The notes beneath the pieces are model-generated. The model worked only from the letters and a program-made list of their open reading frames with translations. It ran no database searches and was not told the DNA's origin. A stretch of DNA of 35,532 nt, from positions 1 through 35,532 of the forward strand of contig JAZQVF010000068.1 of assembly GCA_045631675.1 (NCBI GenBank), given 5' to 3'. The stretch is from Candidatus Stercoripulliclostridium sp. Lineage in GTDB: Bacteria; Bacillota; Clostridia; Christensenellales; DTU072. A program made the translations under genes and the position numbers. Shown here in pieces: positions 29,701 to 35,532 of this stretch (positions within the stretch are counted from its first letter, which is position 1; every line of letters starts with the position of its first letter).

Positions 29701-31848
29701 AAGATGGTTAAGGAAGTGGAATATACCGGCTCCGATATACTCGTAACTCCTGCAAACTTTGAAGTATACACCAACCGTGAACAATCAACGGCTAACATCG
29801 TATATCCTTCAACCGTACTAAGGGAAGTAGGGGAATACACTCTTACCTTCGTTGTAAACGAACAAGTACCAAACAACTACGAGCCTACGACGGCAGAAGT
29901 TAAGGTTTACGTTGTAAGAGCAACCCCAACCATTGACTTTACGCATATCCTTGATAAGGAATGGAGATATAACGGTACGGAACAACACGTAATCGGTGCA
30001 ACTCATACTAACACCGATGCAGGCGTTGAAGTAAGTTATAGTGGTAACACCTTCCTTGACGTACCTGAAAATAATACTCTTACCTTCACCGTAACCCTTT
30101 CTGAAACTGCAAACTACAAGTCAGTTTCCGCAACTTGCACCATAACGGTACTAAAAGCAAACTACGACGTATCAGCAGTTCGTTTTGACAACGGCGATTA
30201 CGACTACTCAGGCGAATATAGATATCTTGAAGTAGTGGGTCTTCCTGCTGGAATAGGAGTAACCTACACCGTAGGTAGCATCACTCAAGATACTCCAATT
30301 ATGATTAAAGACGCAGGTATCTACACCGTAAGAGCAAGTTACACCTACGATGAAAGAAACTACAATAAGCCCGTAATCATGGAAACTGCACGTCTTACCA
30401 TTAACCGCATCAACATTACCGTTGAGGTTGAAGGACAATCCGGTTACTACGGCGAAGAGCCTGTCTTTAACCCTGCCGGCATAAAGGTTATTGCAGGTAG
30501 TTTCATTGAAGGCGATACCTTCTCATTAGACTTAAAACTTGAGCCTAAGGATAGTTACCCCATCGGACATTATCAACTCGTTGCAGACACCACTTCAAGT
30601 GGTAACTACAATATCGTTGTTGCAAAGGGTAGTTACGACGTACTACCTCGCCCCGTAACCTTCCGTATTGAAGACAAAGAAAGTCAATACGGCGATGAAG
30701 ACGTTCCACTTTCCTACGTTCTTGATGAAAGTTCACCATATTCTATCTTAGAAGGCGACCTATTTACTGCATCTCTCGTAAGAGAAGAAGGTAAACTACC
30801 AAAAGAGGGTGGTTATGCTATTATGGGTGCAATTACAAACCCCAACTATAAGGCAACAGTTATTCCCGGAAAGTACAACGTTGTTCCAAGGGCTATTTCT
30901 ATTATCGTATACGATCAAGAAGGCACTAACGCAAGTCACCTAAGCAAGAAAGAATATAGAGTAGTTCGCACTAAGGGACAAGGCAGTGCAATTCTCCGTG
31001 GCGATGATCTCAAGATTCAAGTAGTTGCAAAAGACGAAATAGGCGACGTACCCGGTGCATATGCTCTTACTGCAAGTTATAACGAAGAACTTGCACATCT
31101 TTACGAAGTAAAGATAGTTGAGGCAAAGTTCACCCTAAGAATAGAAACGAAAATTACCGTTACCAACGAGATATTCTCCAAACTCTACGACGGTGTTCCT
31201 TACTCCTTTGACATCATCGTATCAAGTGGCGCAACTCCACAAGTAACCGTTGACGGTATCTTTATGGACAACGCTTTCACTGAAGTTGGTATTTACGAAA
31301 TAACCATCATAGCACCCGTTATAGGCGACTATGCAGAGCCTGATCCTTACCGTTTCACCTTTGAAATTCGTCCTATTGAACTCGTTGCAGAGCAAGGTGG
31401 AGTAATCTTTACCATTTCCAAAGAAGGTGGATTTGGAGCAGATGAAACCTTAGACGTTCATCAAACGCAAGAACTCGTTCTTTCTGGCGACAACTATACG
31501 AGCGAAATAGACTCTGCTTACTCTATTTACGTTGTAAAGGGAGAAGAAAGAATTCCTTTGAACGAGTATGCTGAGAATGAAAAGGTAACCTTAAAGGTAA
31601 AACTTAGCGAAGAATTGCAACAAATTGGCGTATCCACTTGGTTTATGGATAACGACGGTGGTGTATTACACACTGCGCTAGAAACCGATGAAAACGGTTT
31701 TGTAGAAGTAGAAATTGAAAACGGTATGCACGTACTTTTCGTTGCAGAAAGACAAGAGGCAACGCCCATTCTTATCGTTGGAAGTTCAATGGGACTTGCA
31801 TTCATCATTCTCTTCTTATTCTACCTATTCAGGAGAAAGGCAATTTAA
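20713..31848 (+). CDS. Giant membrane-anchored surface protein C (3711 aa): signal peptide, four tandem tip domains, InlB-B-like repeat, YDG and MBG repeat stalk, juxtamembrane domain, C-terminal TM
   Basis: RBS GGAGG 20703-20707. Signal peptide ending AEA. KVYDGT...DKNVG...NY (YDG-type) and xxYG...GxYxI...NY (MBG-type) repeats. C-terminus ILIVGSSMGLAFIILFLFYLF-RRKAI. Confidence 0.85.
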   Translation: MNKARLLKPTKSTLFIVMLMALTLVCGIIFSSLSLTKGTIAEAMSLPTGNTNVAAGTFGSNSTVQRRGQSAISTTVGQVSDFTIVDNVSWLYSQGIISSSPSMSTSANSWSAGSAQNGSPILYHIGFLHTYKITEAQYRGILNGQIAVSSEIKSGNLTMTTLDLRLWNYVGIGTASSDANALTFDGFNEVKYIINPNVSGNSDGNKWTSKDFTGARTISRQNLTNTSQSVSGGNYYYRIGFFIEIWPDRQETLSLSNVSMSGELYENKNLMTTPGTISSYPMEMESYRGKEYPATTNNNFLQSGFETISSTTYSTTLTDNFSTADDTLASSSQAGHFAQSNLWERVMARESSTSYGTTGTDSIVFFYTFALTDEVYNGLKNGSLELSASGSYSAGGTSAPDFYAWMYVGLGKDTSAGDVSYLKEFNEIVGAVASNGETGGATKVLGEAFSESNTYKPSSFSGFKFTSLSSTQNSHSYSDSSSGTKYLRIGMYARVYGATDSTFTFKVHNMSLRIAEPPIAGNQMSTPGTVFESGSYSGTGGGGQTYYGWHSQRDVMYQNKEQNSIAEISSTGTYTRTNYNDFTLVSDTDGYSGNTDSEFLMMSSSYPGWSRNTSTTKYMDNVIFMVTYKLSDSIYRGLLNGTYYITTEGGASAGVVGGSGDVDTWMYIGLGNAASDNDAKKYLGFKETSSIIGAKSDQAGGTSYRSISINNIDTRSPYVSGLKTGAIQTLNESYSSGTKYIRIAMFAEVWSGDDTSSRTTKIDSVSLRININEATSISKSSSSSNVSKQSSMTQPSDWNVYYYDDDSNSGIYSDQTQMVTISSSGSGSSFQLNSNNYVDGAITQTNSGVRFSGSSGFGTSSGVDANSYLNFTYFANRGSSGTFADGLANSIAIRYESGNSNLNQTFYIGFFYTIKLDENVFAGLLSGKIKLNAQMQGTNTGENLNTWFNGNQYVYFGLGTANDDADAMGGTSFRELVGAISEGKEYLDQSSSFSISNFDFLSKSASGATFTAGASNKNISTTNSKYLRIGVWMNLYHTESTNAWITFKLNPFTLEIIPSKDTTTPTFGGYTSNGGTNYANGPITIQDSSGLDRYTINDGSSNWTADFANVRSTSIPTTLQALGTINGKSYTLTAYDIWGNSSTLTFTYFRPVINVTGVTDGIEGDYSGGGIGLSSDASTFSGDTYTYAYQAKTYGNTIYVHAKPKDGYYFAGILVDDLFVSAPNTNLESALNYSRMDENNLEYTFNFSISNMNEIPVNGVIGVRVYFKSIETSGAGSYVYNKQEKEVVVNNLTDISGVGVVTSSSTYNGSSSKPINVDTYSVVSSVLINGHVVGKKSNEQLVITPASVTASFSATNRDYNGSQDAKSITSYALNGVYGGDVVELSYSATFDSKNAGIDKAISTTNLTLTGTNAGNYTLNGVNSGTTTGTINAKAVTVTFTETGITKVYDGTTAITLQNQPLVDGMVGSESLVYDLSANYNDKNVGSNKAITLVSTTPSYENGAIASNYSITLVGANDRLGNVTQKDIIINYNYSNSKAYDATTSAQVTFASFEGNVAGDVLDTTFTAHYNSKDVVSANTITINVVLTGDDAGNYAYQDTYVENGTITKKDITFTAENKEQVYGDSAKELTYLASDFAVGETVNDFTLSITRASGNDVGTYVISITAQNANYNVTAISANYVIVVREIGATFASASSKVYDGTNDVTGLISYTLTNTVYGDEEKLEISGISASVNDKNVEENKAITIANTFTLINKQGNDVAKNYLLKLENTNYTALKTSITPKDVTVNYDLTTSKVYDATNTATVSLNAVSPFSGLLIGDDLEASVSAVYNVKDVTAESILVTITLTGGTDAHNYNLSNPSVTVVDGVAITKATLTITTTSTKGFNYVYGDDVNADLGVSYVGIMGSDVISGATVSMTENGKGYVPATIGTMVTPTFEEELQNYEVNLVGKTVVVDRKGLTVTYVGETIVYGATPVGTISYNGFVENENASDLVKQPRVIFDSLIPTTEPKFIKVGGYAGIIPQGAESANYNFTYAEGTLTVTKKAITAVYTNSIVYGDVVGVSFDKIAVDGLVAGDSTNSLTIASADLSSYVIVGEHVLDASDIAITASNYTVSVSGTLTITKATLTLSVAVDGNVTYGDDANAKLSVEVSGYKNGDDQAVFGGTLPTVSTLTTNASGLVDAGTYTVTTEYAGAELQNYTVVHSTKSITIAKASLNVKYIGKSIVYDGKSSYLPSTYITKADVEVTGFVGGENIAFEISHYGNNNPLTSVGSVESVLVFLMDETTTFKNYTIVREGGKFEVTPCPVTFTILDQGSVYGEVVELKQGVEYYTSNVSHAGVPTLKFEGETPVNQGEYAITGTYTNANYNATFVNGTYTISAREVTINLLDQSSDYDANEPILDQTKWEYAEGSLKILAGDSTNFNVQKALGVNAGSYEISGSYSDANYSLTINTATYTINKIALTATIEFKVENKTVKKSGLLTLVGSDFTITYSGFVGGENSSVFTRHVEVDLATLRTYDLGTYAIPYVEGESTNYNFTYVSGQIIIVADLIVITPVGFTFENATYDYDGVEKTLQFVWPDKPEHVTITHVITKGGEVVYEMKNAGEYVVTAYLSTSDPNSMIAEDFEEVARTLTINKVAVSATFSAIDLSKPYDGKVEIALSNQPIVAGMIGEETLKFNLNAKFSDKNVGVDKAITLVDLAPIYENGALEENYVVNVLGNDTLTASITPIALSVNFTPVTTKVYDRTRSQEVAFDGFVGLVDGDDVTAVLSAEYDAEDVESASEITVSIAITGVDVLNYVLASSEEKVAGSITPKKVTATFKTVALSKEYDGNVEIALHNQPEVVGLLGGDEISFALDATFADKNVGINKTITLKDLTPSALGATKLSNYEVEVLGTDTLTASISTKAITITLKDQHHVYDGTNPTVAQGSDWYDVTAGSVIAGDELDVRITKTGTSPNAGNYPLSAVAYNANYNVHVVGAKFYIDRAETIVYFDKMVKEVEYTGSDILVTPANFEVYTNREQSTANIVYPSTVLREVGEYTLTFVVNEQVPNNYEPTTAEVKVYVVRATPTIDFTHILDKEWRYNGTEQHVIGATHTNTDAGVEVSYSGNTFLDVPENNTLTFTVTLSETANYKSVSATCTITVLKANYDVSAVRFDNGDYDYSGEYRYLEVVGLPAGIGVTYTVGSITQDTPIMIKDAGIYTVRASYTYDERNYNKPVIMETARLTINRINITVEVEGQSGYYGEEPVFNPAGIKVIAGSFIEGDTFSLDLKLEPKDSYPIGHYQLVADTTSSGNYNIVVAKGSYDVLPRPVTFRIEDKESQYGDEDVPLSYVLDESSPYSILEGDLFTASLVREEGKLPKEGGYAIMGAITNPNYKATVIPGKYNVVPRAISIIVYDQEGTNASHLSKKEYRVVRTKGQGSAILRGDDLKIQVVAKDEIGDVPGAYALTASYNEELAHLYEVKIVEAKFTLRIETKITVTNEIFSKLYDGVPYSFDIIVSSGATPQVTVDGIFMDNAFTEVGIYEITIIAPVIGDYAEPDPYRFTFEIRPIELVAEQGGVIFTISKEGGFGADETLDVHQTQELVLSGDNYTSEIDSAYSIYVVKGEERIPLNEYAENEKVTLKVKLSEELQQIGVSTWFMDNDGGVLHTALETDENGFVEVEIENGMHVLFVAERQEATPILIVGSSMGLAFIILFLFYLFRRKAI
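20839..23886 (+). repeat. Four diverged ~230-270 aa protein repeats at the N-terminus of protein C
   Basis: Units at ~20839-21516, 21517-22263, 22276-23034 and 23080-23886. They share FxxTxx(L/I)xxxx(Y/F)xG(L/I)xxG, Y(V/I/F)G(L/I)G...FxE and YxRI(G/A). Confidence 0.8.
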
Positions 31849-32609
31849 TGAAAATCAAAATCGGTTCACAACTTTATACCTATAGAAACAAATTGAATAC
31901 GGCTTCCGACTTGGAAGCCTTATTCGCAAGGCTAAAAGAATATGGTTGTACTTGCGCTCAATGGAGTGGAGTAAAACTTGATTTACCTATGGCTCAAGTA
32001 AGGGATATGGCAAAAGGATACGATTTGGAAATACCACTTACCCATACCCCTTTTAAGCGCATAACGGAAGAAACGGACAAGGTGGCTGAAGAGCATTTGG
32101 AATTAGGTGCTCACACGGTAGGCCTTGGTATGATGCCCATAGAGTATTCTTCTTCCTACGACAAACTGAAGAAATTTATAGAAATTGCAAACGAAGTAGG
32201 GGAGAAATTAAAGCCTTACGGTTTGAAGATGGGTTACCATAATCACGCAAAAGAGTTCAAGGAAATGGGTGGCAAACTTGTTTTAGAGCATCTAATGGAT
32301 GAGACGGGCCTTGAGTTCATCTTTGACACCTTTTGGTGCAAATATGCAGGTCACAACGTTACGGAATGGCTCAAAAAACTTGAAGGTAGGGTAACTGACG
32401 TTCATCTTAAAGATTGGAAAAAGAGCATATTAAAATTCCCACGCTTTCAAGATATAGGTAAGGGCAAACTTGACTTTAAGGAAATACTAAGTATTGCTGA
32501 AAAGTCAGGCACTCAGTATGCTTATATTGAACACGATTTAACAAAAAATCCCGATAAGACCACTCGTGAGAGTATGGAATATTTGAAGGATATATATCTT
32601 AAGGCATAA
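31848..32609 (+). CDS. Sugar phosphate isomerase/epimerase, xylose-isomerase-like TIM barrel (AP_endonuc_2 family)
   Basis: IGSQLYT at the N-terminus, plus YHNHxxEF, DTFW, HLKD and IEHD metal-binding motifs. The start overlaps the gene C stop (TAATG). Confidence 0.88.
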   Translation: MKIKIGSQLYTYRNKLNTASDLEALFARLKEYGCTCAQWSGVKLDLPMAQVRDMAKGYDLEIPLTHTPFKRITEETDKVAEEHLELGAHTVGLGMMPIEYSSSYDKLKKFIEIANEVGEKLKPYGLKMGYHNHAKEFKEMGGKLVLEHLMDETGLEFIFDTFWCKYAGHNVTEWLKKLEGRVTDVHLKDWKKSILKFPRFQDIGKGKLDFKEILSIAEKSGTQYAYIEHDLTKNPDKTTRESMEYLKDIYLKA

Positions 32610-32621
32610 CATTATAGAAAT

Positions 32622-33302
32622 ATGAAAATTCAAGGACTGCAAAAACTAACCTTATTAGACTTTCCAGGTCAAGTAGCCTGCATAATTTTTACGGCGGGTT
32701 GCTCTTTCCGTTGTCCCTTTTGCCATAACGCAACTCTCGTAAAGGGAGAGGGCGCAGACCTAAGCGAAGAAGAAGTGCTAAGTTATCTTAAAAAAAGGCA
32801 AGGTATACTTGACGGTGTAGTTATAACGGGGGGAGAGCCGACCATTCAAAAGGGGCTAAGAGAGTTTATTATAAAAGTTAAAGACTTAGGTTACAAAGTC
32901 AAACTTGACACCAACGGCTATCAACCGGAAGTGCTTGAAAGCCTTTTAAACGAAGGACTTCTTGATTACGTAGCCATGGATATAAAAAACTCAAAAGAAA
33001 AATATTCTGTAACCATAGGGCTACAAAAGGTTGACTTTAGTAGGATAGAAAAGAGTATAGAAATACTTAAAAATTGTACCATACCATACGAATTCCGTAC
33101 CACTACTATGGCTGAATTGCATACGGAAGAAGACGTTAAAGGGGTGGGACAACTTGCACAAGGCGCAAAAAAAATTTTTATACAATCTTTCAAGGATTCA
33201 GGCGATATCTTGTGTGGTACGTTTACCCCACCAAACGATGAGAAAATCGCCATTTTTAAGGATATTTTAACAAATTTCGTAGATGAAGTAGGCACTCGGT
33301 AG
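32622..33302 (+). CDS. nrdG: Anaerobic ribonucleoside-triphosphate reductase activating protein (radical SAM)
   Basis: GLQKLTLLDFPG, CSFRCPFCHN (CxxxCxxC), VVITGGEPT, KLDTNG, YEFRTT; adjacent to nrdD. Confidence 0.93.
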   Translation: MKIQGLQKLTLLDFPGQVACIIFTAGCSFRCPFCHNATLVKGEGADLSEEEVLSYLKKRQGILDGVVITGGEPTIQKGLREFIIKVKDLGYKVKLDTNGYQPEVLESLLNEGLLDYVAMDIKNSKEKYSVTIGLQKVDFSRIEKSIEILKNCTIPYEFRTTTMAELHTEEDVKGVGQLAQGAKKIFIQSFKDSGDILCGTFTPPNDEKIAIFKDILTNFVDEVGTR

Positions 33303-33311
33303 CCAGAGATA

Positions 33312-33370
33312 CCACAACATTTTGTGGTGTGCAAGCCTAAAATTAAAAAATCGACCACAATATATTGTAA
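33312..33370. promoter_or_regulatory. Tandem NrdR boxes upstream of nrdD
   Basis: CCACAACATTTTGTGG (33312-33327) and CCACAATATATTGTAA (33355-33370) match the acaCwAtATaTwGtgt consensus. They are 43 bp apart (~4 helical turns) and lie directly upstream of an RNR gene. Confidence 0.85.
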
Positions 33371-33378
33371 AAAAGTGG

Positions 33379-33408
33379 TTGACAAAAAAAGAAGTCGTGT
33401 AATACAAT
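33379..33408 (+). promoter_or_regulatory. Sigma-A promoter of nrdD
   Basis: TTGACA (33379-33384), 18-bp spacer, TACAAT (33403-33408); RBS AGGAGG at 33432-33437. Confidence 0.75.
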
Positions 33409-33442
33409 ACTATTGCACGATTAATTTTTTTAGGAGGTCGCT

Positions 33443-35532
33443 ATGTACCAAGTAGTTAACAGAAATGGTAAAGTTGTTGATTTTGATACCAACAAGATTA
33501 TAGGCGCAATTTCCAAAGCCTTTGACTCATTAGATAAATATTATAATAGGAGTACGCTTGAACTTCTTGCTCTTAGAGTTACTGCAGATTTTAATTCTAA
33601 GATTAAAGACGGTTTTATTTCCGTTGAAGATATTCAAGATAGCGTAGAAACCGTACTTATTCAAGCAGGCTATGCAGACGTTGCAAAGGCATACATTCTT
33701 TATCGTAAGCAACGTGAAAAAGCAAGAAACATTCAAGGCACTCTTCTTGACTATAAGAAGGTTATTAACGATTACCTTCAAGTTTCCGACTGGCGCGTTA
33801 AGGAAAACAGCACCGTTACCTATTCAGTAGGTGGTCTTATCCTTTCAAACTCTGGCGCAATTACTGCTAACTATTGGCTAAGTGAAGTATACGACGAAGA
33901 AATTGCTAACGCACACCGTAAGGCAGACATACACATTCACGATATGAGTATGCTTACCGGATATTGTGCAGGTTGGTCATTAAAGCAACTCATCAAGGAA
34001 GGTCTTGGTGGCGTTACCGGCAAGATTACTTCTTCTCCTGCTCGCCATCTTTCCACGCTATGTAACCAAATGGTTAACTTCCTTGGCATTATGCAAAACG
34101 AATGGGCAGGCGCACAAGCGTTTAGTTCATTTGACACCTATCTTGCACCATTCGTAAAGAAGGATAACTTAAACTATTACGAAGTAAAGAAGTGTATTCA
34201 AAGTTTCGTATACGGCGTAAATATTCCTTCTCGTTGGGGTACTCAAGCACCATTTAGCAACATTACTCTTGACTGGGTTGTTCCAAACGACCTTGCAGAA
34301 CTCAATGCAATCGTAGGTGGCGAAGAGCAAGACTTCAAATATAAAGATTGTAAGAAAGAAATGGATATGATCAACAAGGCATTCATTGAAACTATGATTC
34401 AAGGTGATGCTAATGGTCGTGGTTTCCAATATCCTATTCCTACTTACTCAATAACGGCAGACTTTGACTGGTCAGAAACCGAGAACAACAAACTTCTCTT
34501 TGAAATGACTGCAAAGTACGGCACCCCATATTTCAGCAACTACATTAACTCCGATATGGAACCAAGCGACGTTCGTTCAATGTGCTGCAGACTTCGTCTT
34601 GACCTTCGTGAACTTAGAAAGAAGAGTGGTGGTTTCTTCGGTAGTGGCGAATCAACCGGTTCAATCGGTGTTGTTACCATCAATATGCCCCGCCTTGCAT
34701 ACATTGCAAAGGATGAAAAGGACTTCTATGCTCGCCTTGACAAGATGATGGATATTTCTGCAAGAAGTTTGAAGATTAAGCGTGACGTTATCTCCAACCT
34801 ACTTGAAAACGGTCTATATCCATATACCAAGCGTTATCTTGACAACCTTGACAACCACTTCTCAACCATCGGTCTCGTTGGTATGAACGAAGCATGCTTG
34901 AACGCAAACTGGATTAAGGCAAACCTTACTGAAGAAAAGGCAAGAAAGTTCGCTGTTGAAGTACTCAACCATATGAGAAATAGACTTTCAGACTATCAAG
35001 AAAAGTACGGCGACCTATACAACCTTGAAGCAACTCCTGCTGAATCAACTTCATATCGTCTTGCAAAGCACGACGTTCAACGTTACCCCGGCATCATCAC
35101 TGCTGCTAAGTCAAAGGATGATACCCCATACTACACCAACAGTTCACACCTACCCGTAGGTTACACGGAAGACGTATTTACTGCTCTTGATCTTCAAGAC
35201 GAACTTCATACCCTTTATACTTCCGGTACCGTATTCCATAGTTATCTTGGTGAACGTCTACCAAACTGGCAAAGTGCAATGAATCTTGTAAGAAAGATTG
35301 CAGAAAACTATCGTTTACCATACTACTCAATGAGCCCCACTTACTCAATTTGTAAGGACCACGGCTACATTGCAGGCGAAGAATACGTTTGCCCCACCTG
35401 TGGCAAGGAAACCGAAGTTTACAGCCGTATTACCGGTTACTATCGTCCCGTAAGAAACTGGAACGATGGTAAGAGCCAAGAGTTCAAGGATAGAAAGGTT
35501 TATAATCCCGCTAAGTTCAACGAGCCACACGG
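33443..35532 (+). CDS. nrdD: Class III (anaerobic) ribonucleoside-triphosphate reductase with N-terminal ATP cone; 3' end truncated by the window edge
   Basis: My translation: MYQVVNRNGKVVDFDTNKI (ATP cone), HIHD, SMCCRLRLD, LEATPAEST, CKDH...CPTC metal site, YSRITGYYRPV glycyl-radical motif. Absent from the ORF track because there is no stop in the window. Confidence 0.96.
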   Translation, partial: MYQVVNRNGKVVDFDTNKIIGAISKAFDSLDKYYNRSTLELLALRVTADFNSKIKDGFISVEDIQDSVETVLIQAGYADVAKAYILYRKQREKARNIQGTLLDYKKVINDYLQVSDWRVKENSTVTYSVGGLILSNSGAITANYWLSEVYDEEIANAHRKADIHIHDMSMLTGYCAGWSLKQLIKEGLGGVTGKITSSPARHLSTLCNQMVNFLGIMQNEWAGAQAFSSFDTYLAPFVKKDNLNYYEVKKCIQSFVYGVNIPSRWGTQAPFSNITLDWVVPNDLAELNAIVGGEEQDFKYKDCKKEMDMINKAFIETMIQGDANGRGFQYPIPTYSITADFDWSETENNKLLFEMTAKYGTPYFSNYINSDMEPSDVRSMCCRLRLDLRELRKKSGGFFGSGESTGSIGVVTINMPRLAYIAKDEKDFYARLDKMMDISARSLKIKRDVISNLLENGLYPYTKRYLDNLDNHFSTIGLVGMNEACLNANWIKANLTEEKARKFAVEVLNHMRNRLSDYQEKYGDLYNLEATPAESTSYRLAKHDVQRYPGIITAAKSKDDTPYYTNSSHLPVGYTEDVFTALDLQDELHTLYTSGTVFHSYLGERLPNWQSAMNLVRKIAENYRLPYYSMSPTYSICKDHGYIAGEEYVCPTCGKETEVYSRITGYYRPVRNWNDGKSQEFKDRKVYNPAKFNEPH

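Noticed and set aside
1234-31848. Toxin, protease or DGR-target interpretation of the giant proteins
   Set aside because: No HExxH, RHS/YD, RTX or toxin C-terminus, no immunity gene, and no reverse transcriptase or near-identical template/variable repeat pair visible in the window.
32604-32619. Possible NrdR box just before nrdG (GCATAACATTATAGAA)
   Set aside because: It lacks the conserved C4 and G13 positions; only a partial half-site.
33311-33328. Palindrome after nrdG as an intrinsic terminator
   Set aside because: No U-tract, and it matches the NrdR box consensus with a partner 43 bp away.
1550-35530. Many short (60-145 aa) antisense or alternative-frame ORFs in the track
   Set aside because: They lie within long, well-supported CDSs and lack recognisable motifs; best read as shadow ORFs of biased codon usage.
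1-35532. CRISPR array, tRNA/rRNA, IS or integrase, invertible promoter
   Set aside because: No regularly spaced identical repeats, RNA-gene signatures, transposase/recombinase ORFs or long flanking inverted repeats seen.

Overview
Low-GC bacterial chromosomal window, probably an anaerobic Bacillota/Clostridia-type organism (inferred from AGGAGG-type RBSs, sigma-A promoters, class III RNR and TM-anchored surface proteins). About 30.6 kb (1234-31848) is three co-oriented giant secreted or surface proteins (3018, 3422 and 3711 aa). They appear paralogous: each has a signal peptide, an unnamed N-terminal 'tip' domain (1, 1 and 4 copies), an InlB-B/Flg_new-like repeat and an MBG-like module, then a different stalk (Ig-like + GLUG-type; GNY/MBG; YDG/MBG). 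The last giant gene overlaps a sugar-phosphate isomerase/epimerase gene by 1 nt; nrdG follows, then a separately promoted nrdD with NrdR boxes (runs off the right edge). A divergent HSL-family alpha/beta hydrolase runs off the left edge. Main observations: the shared tip domain; an NrdR-box-like site upstream of the giant cluster nearly identical to the nrdD boxes 32 kb away; a ~420-aa repetitive insert splitting one MBG domain; tandem extended -10 elements preceded by alternating purine-pyrimidine tracts; and a strong ACGT-favouring codon-junction bias. All domain calls are motif recognition by eye, not database searches.
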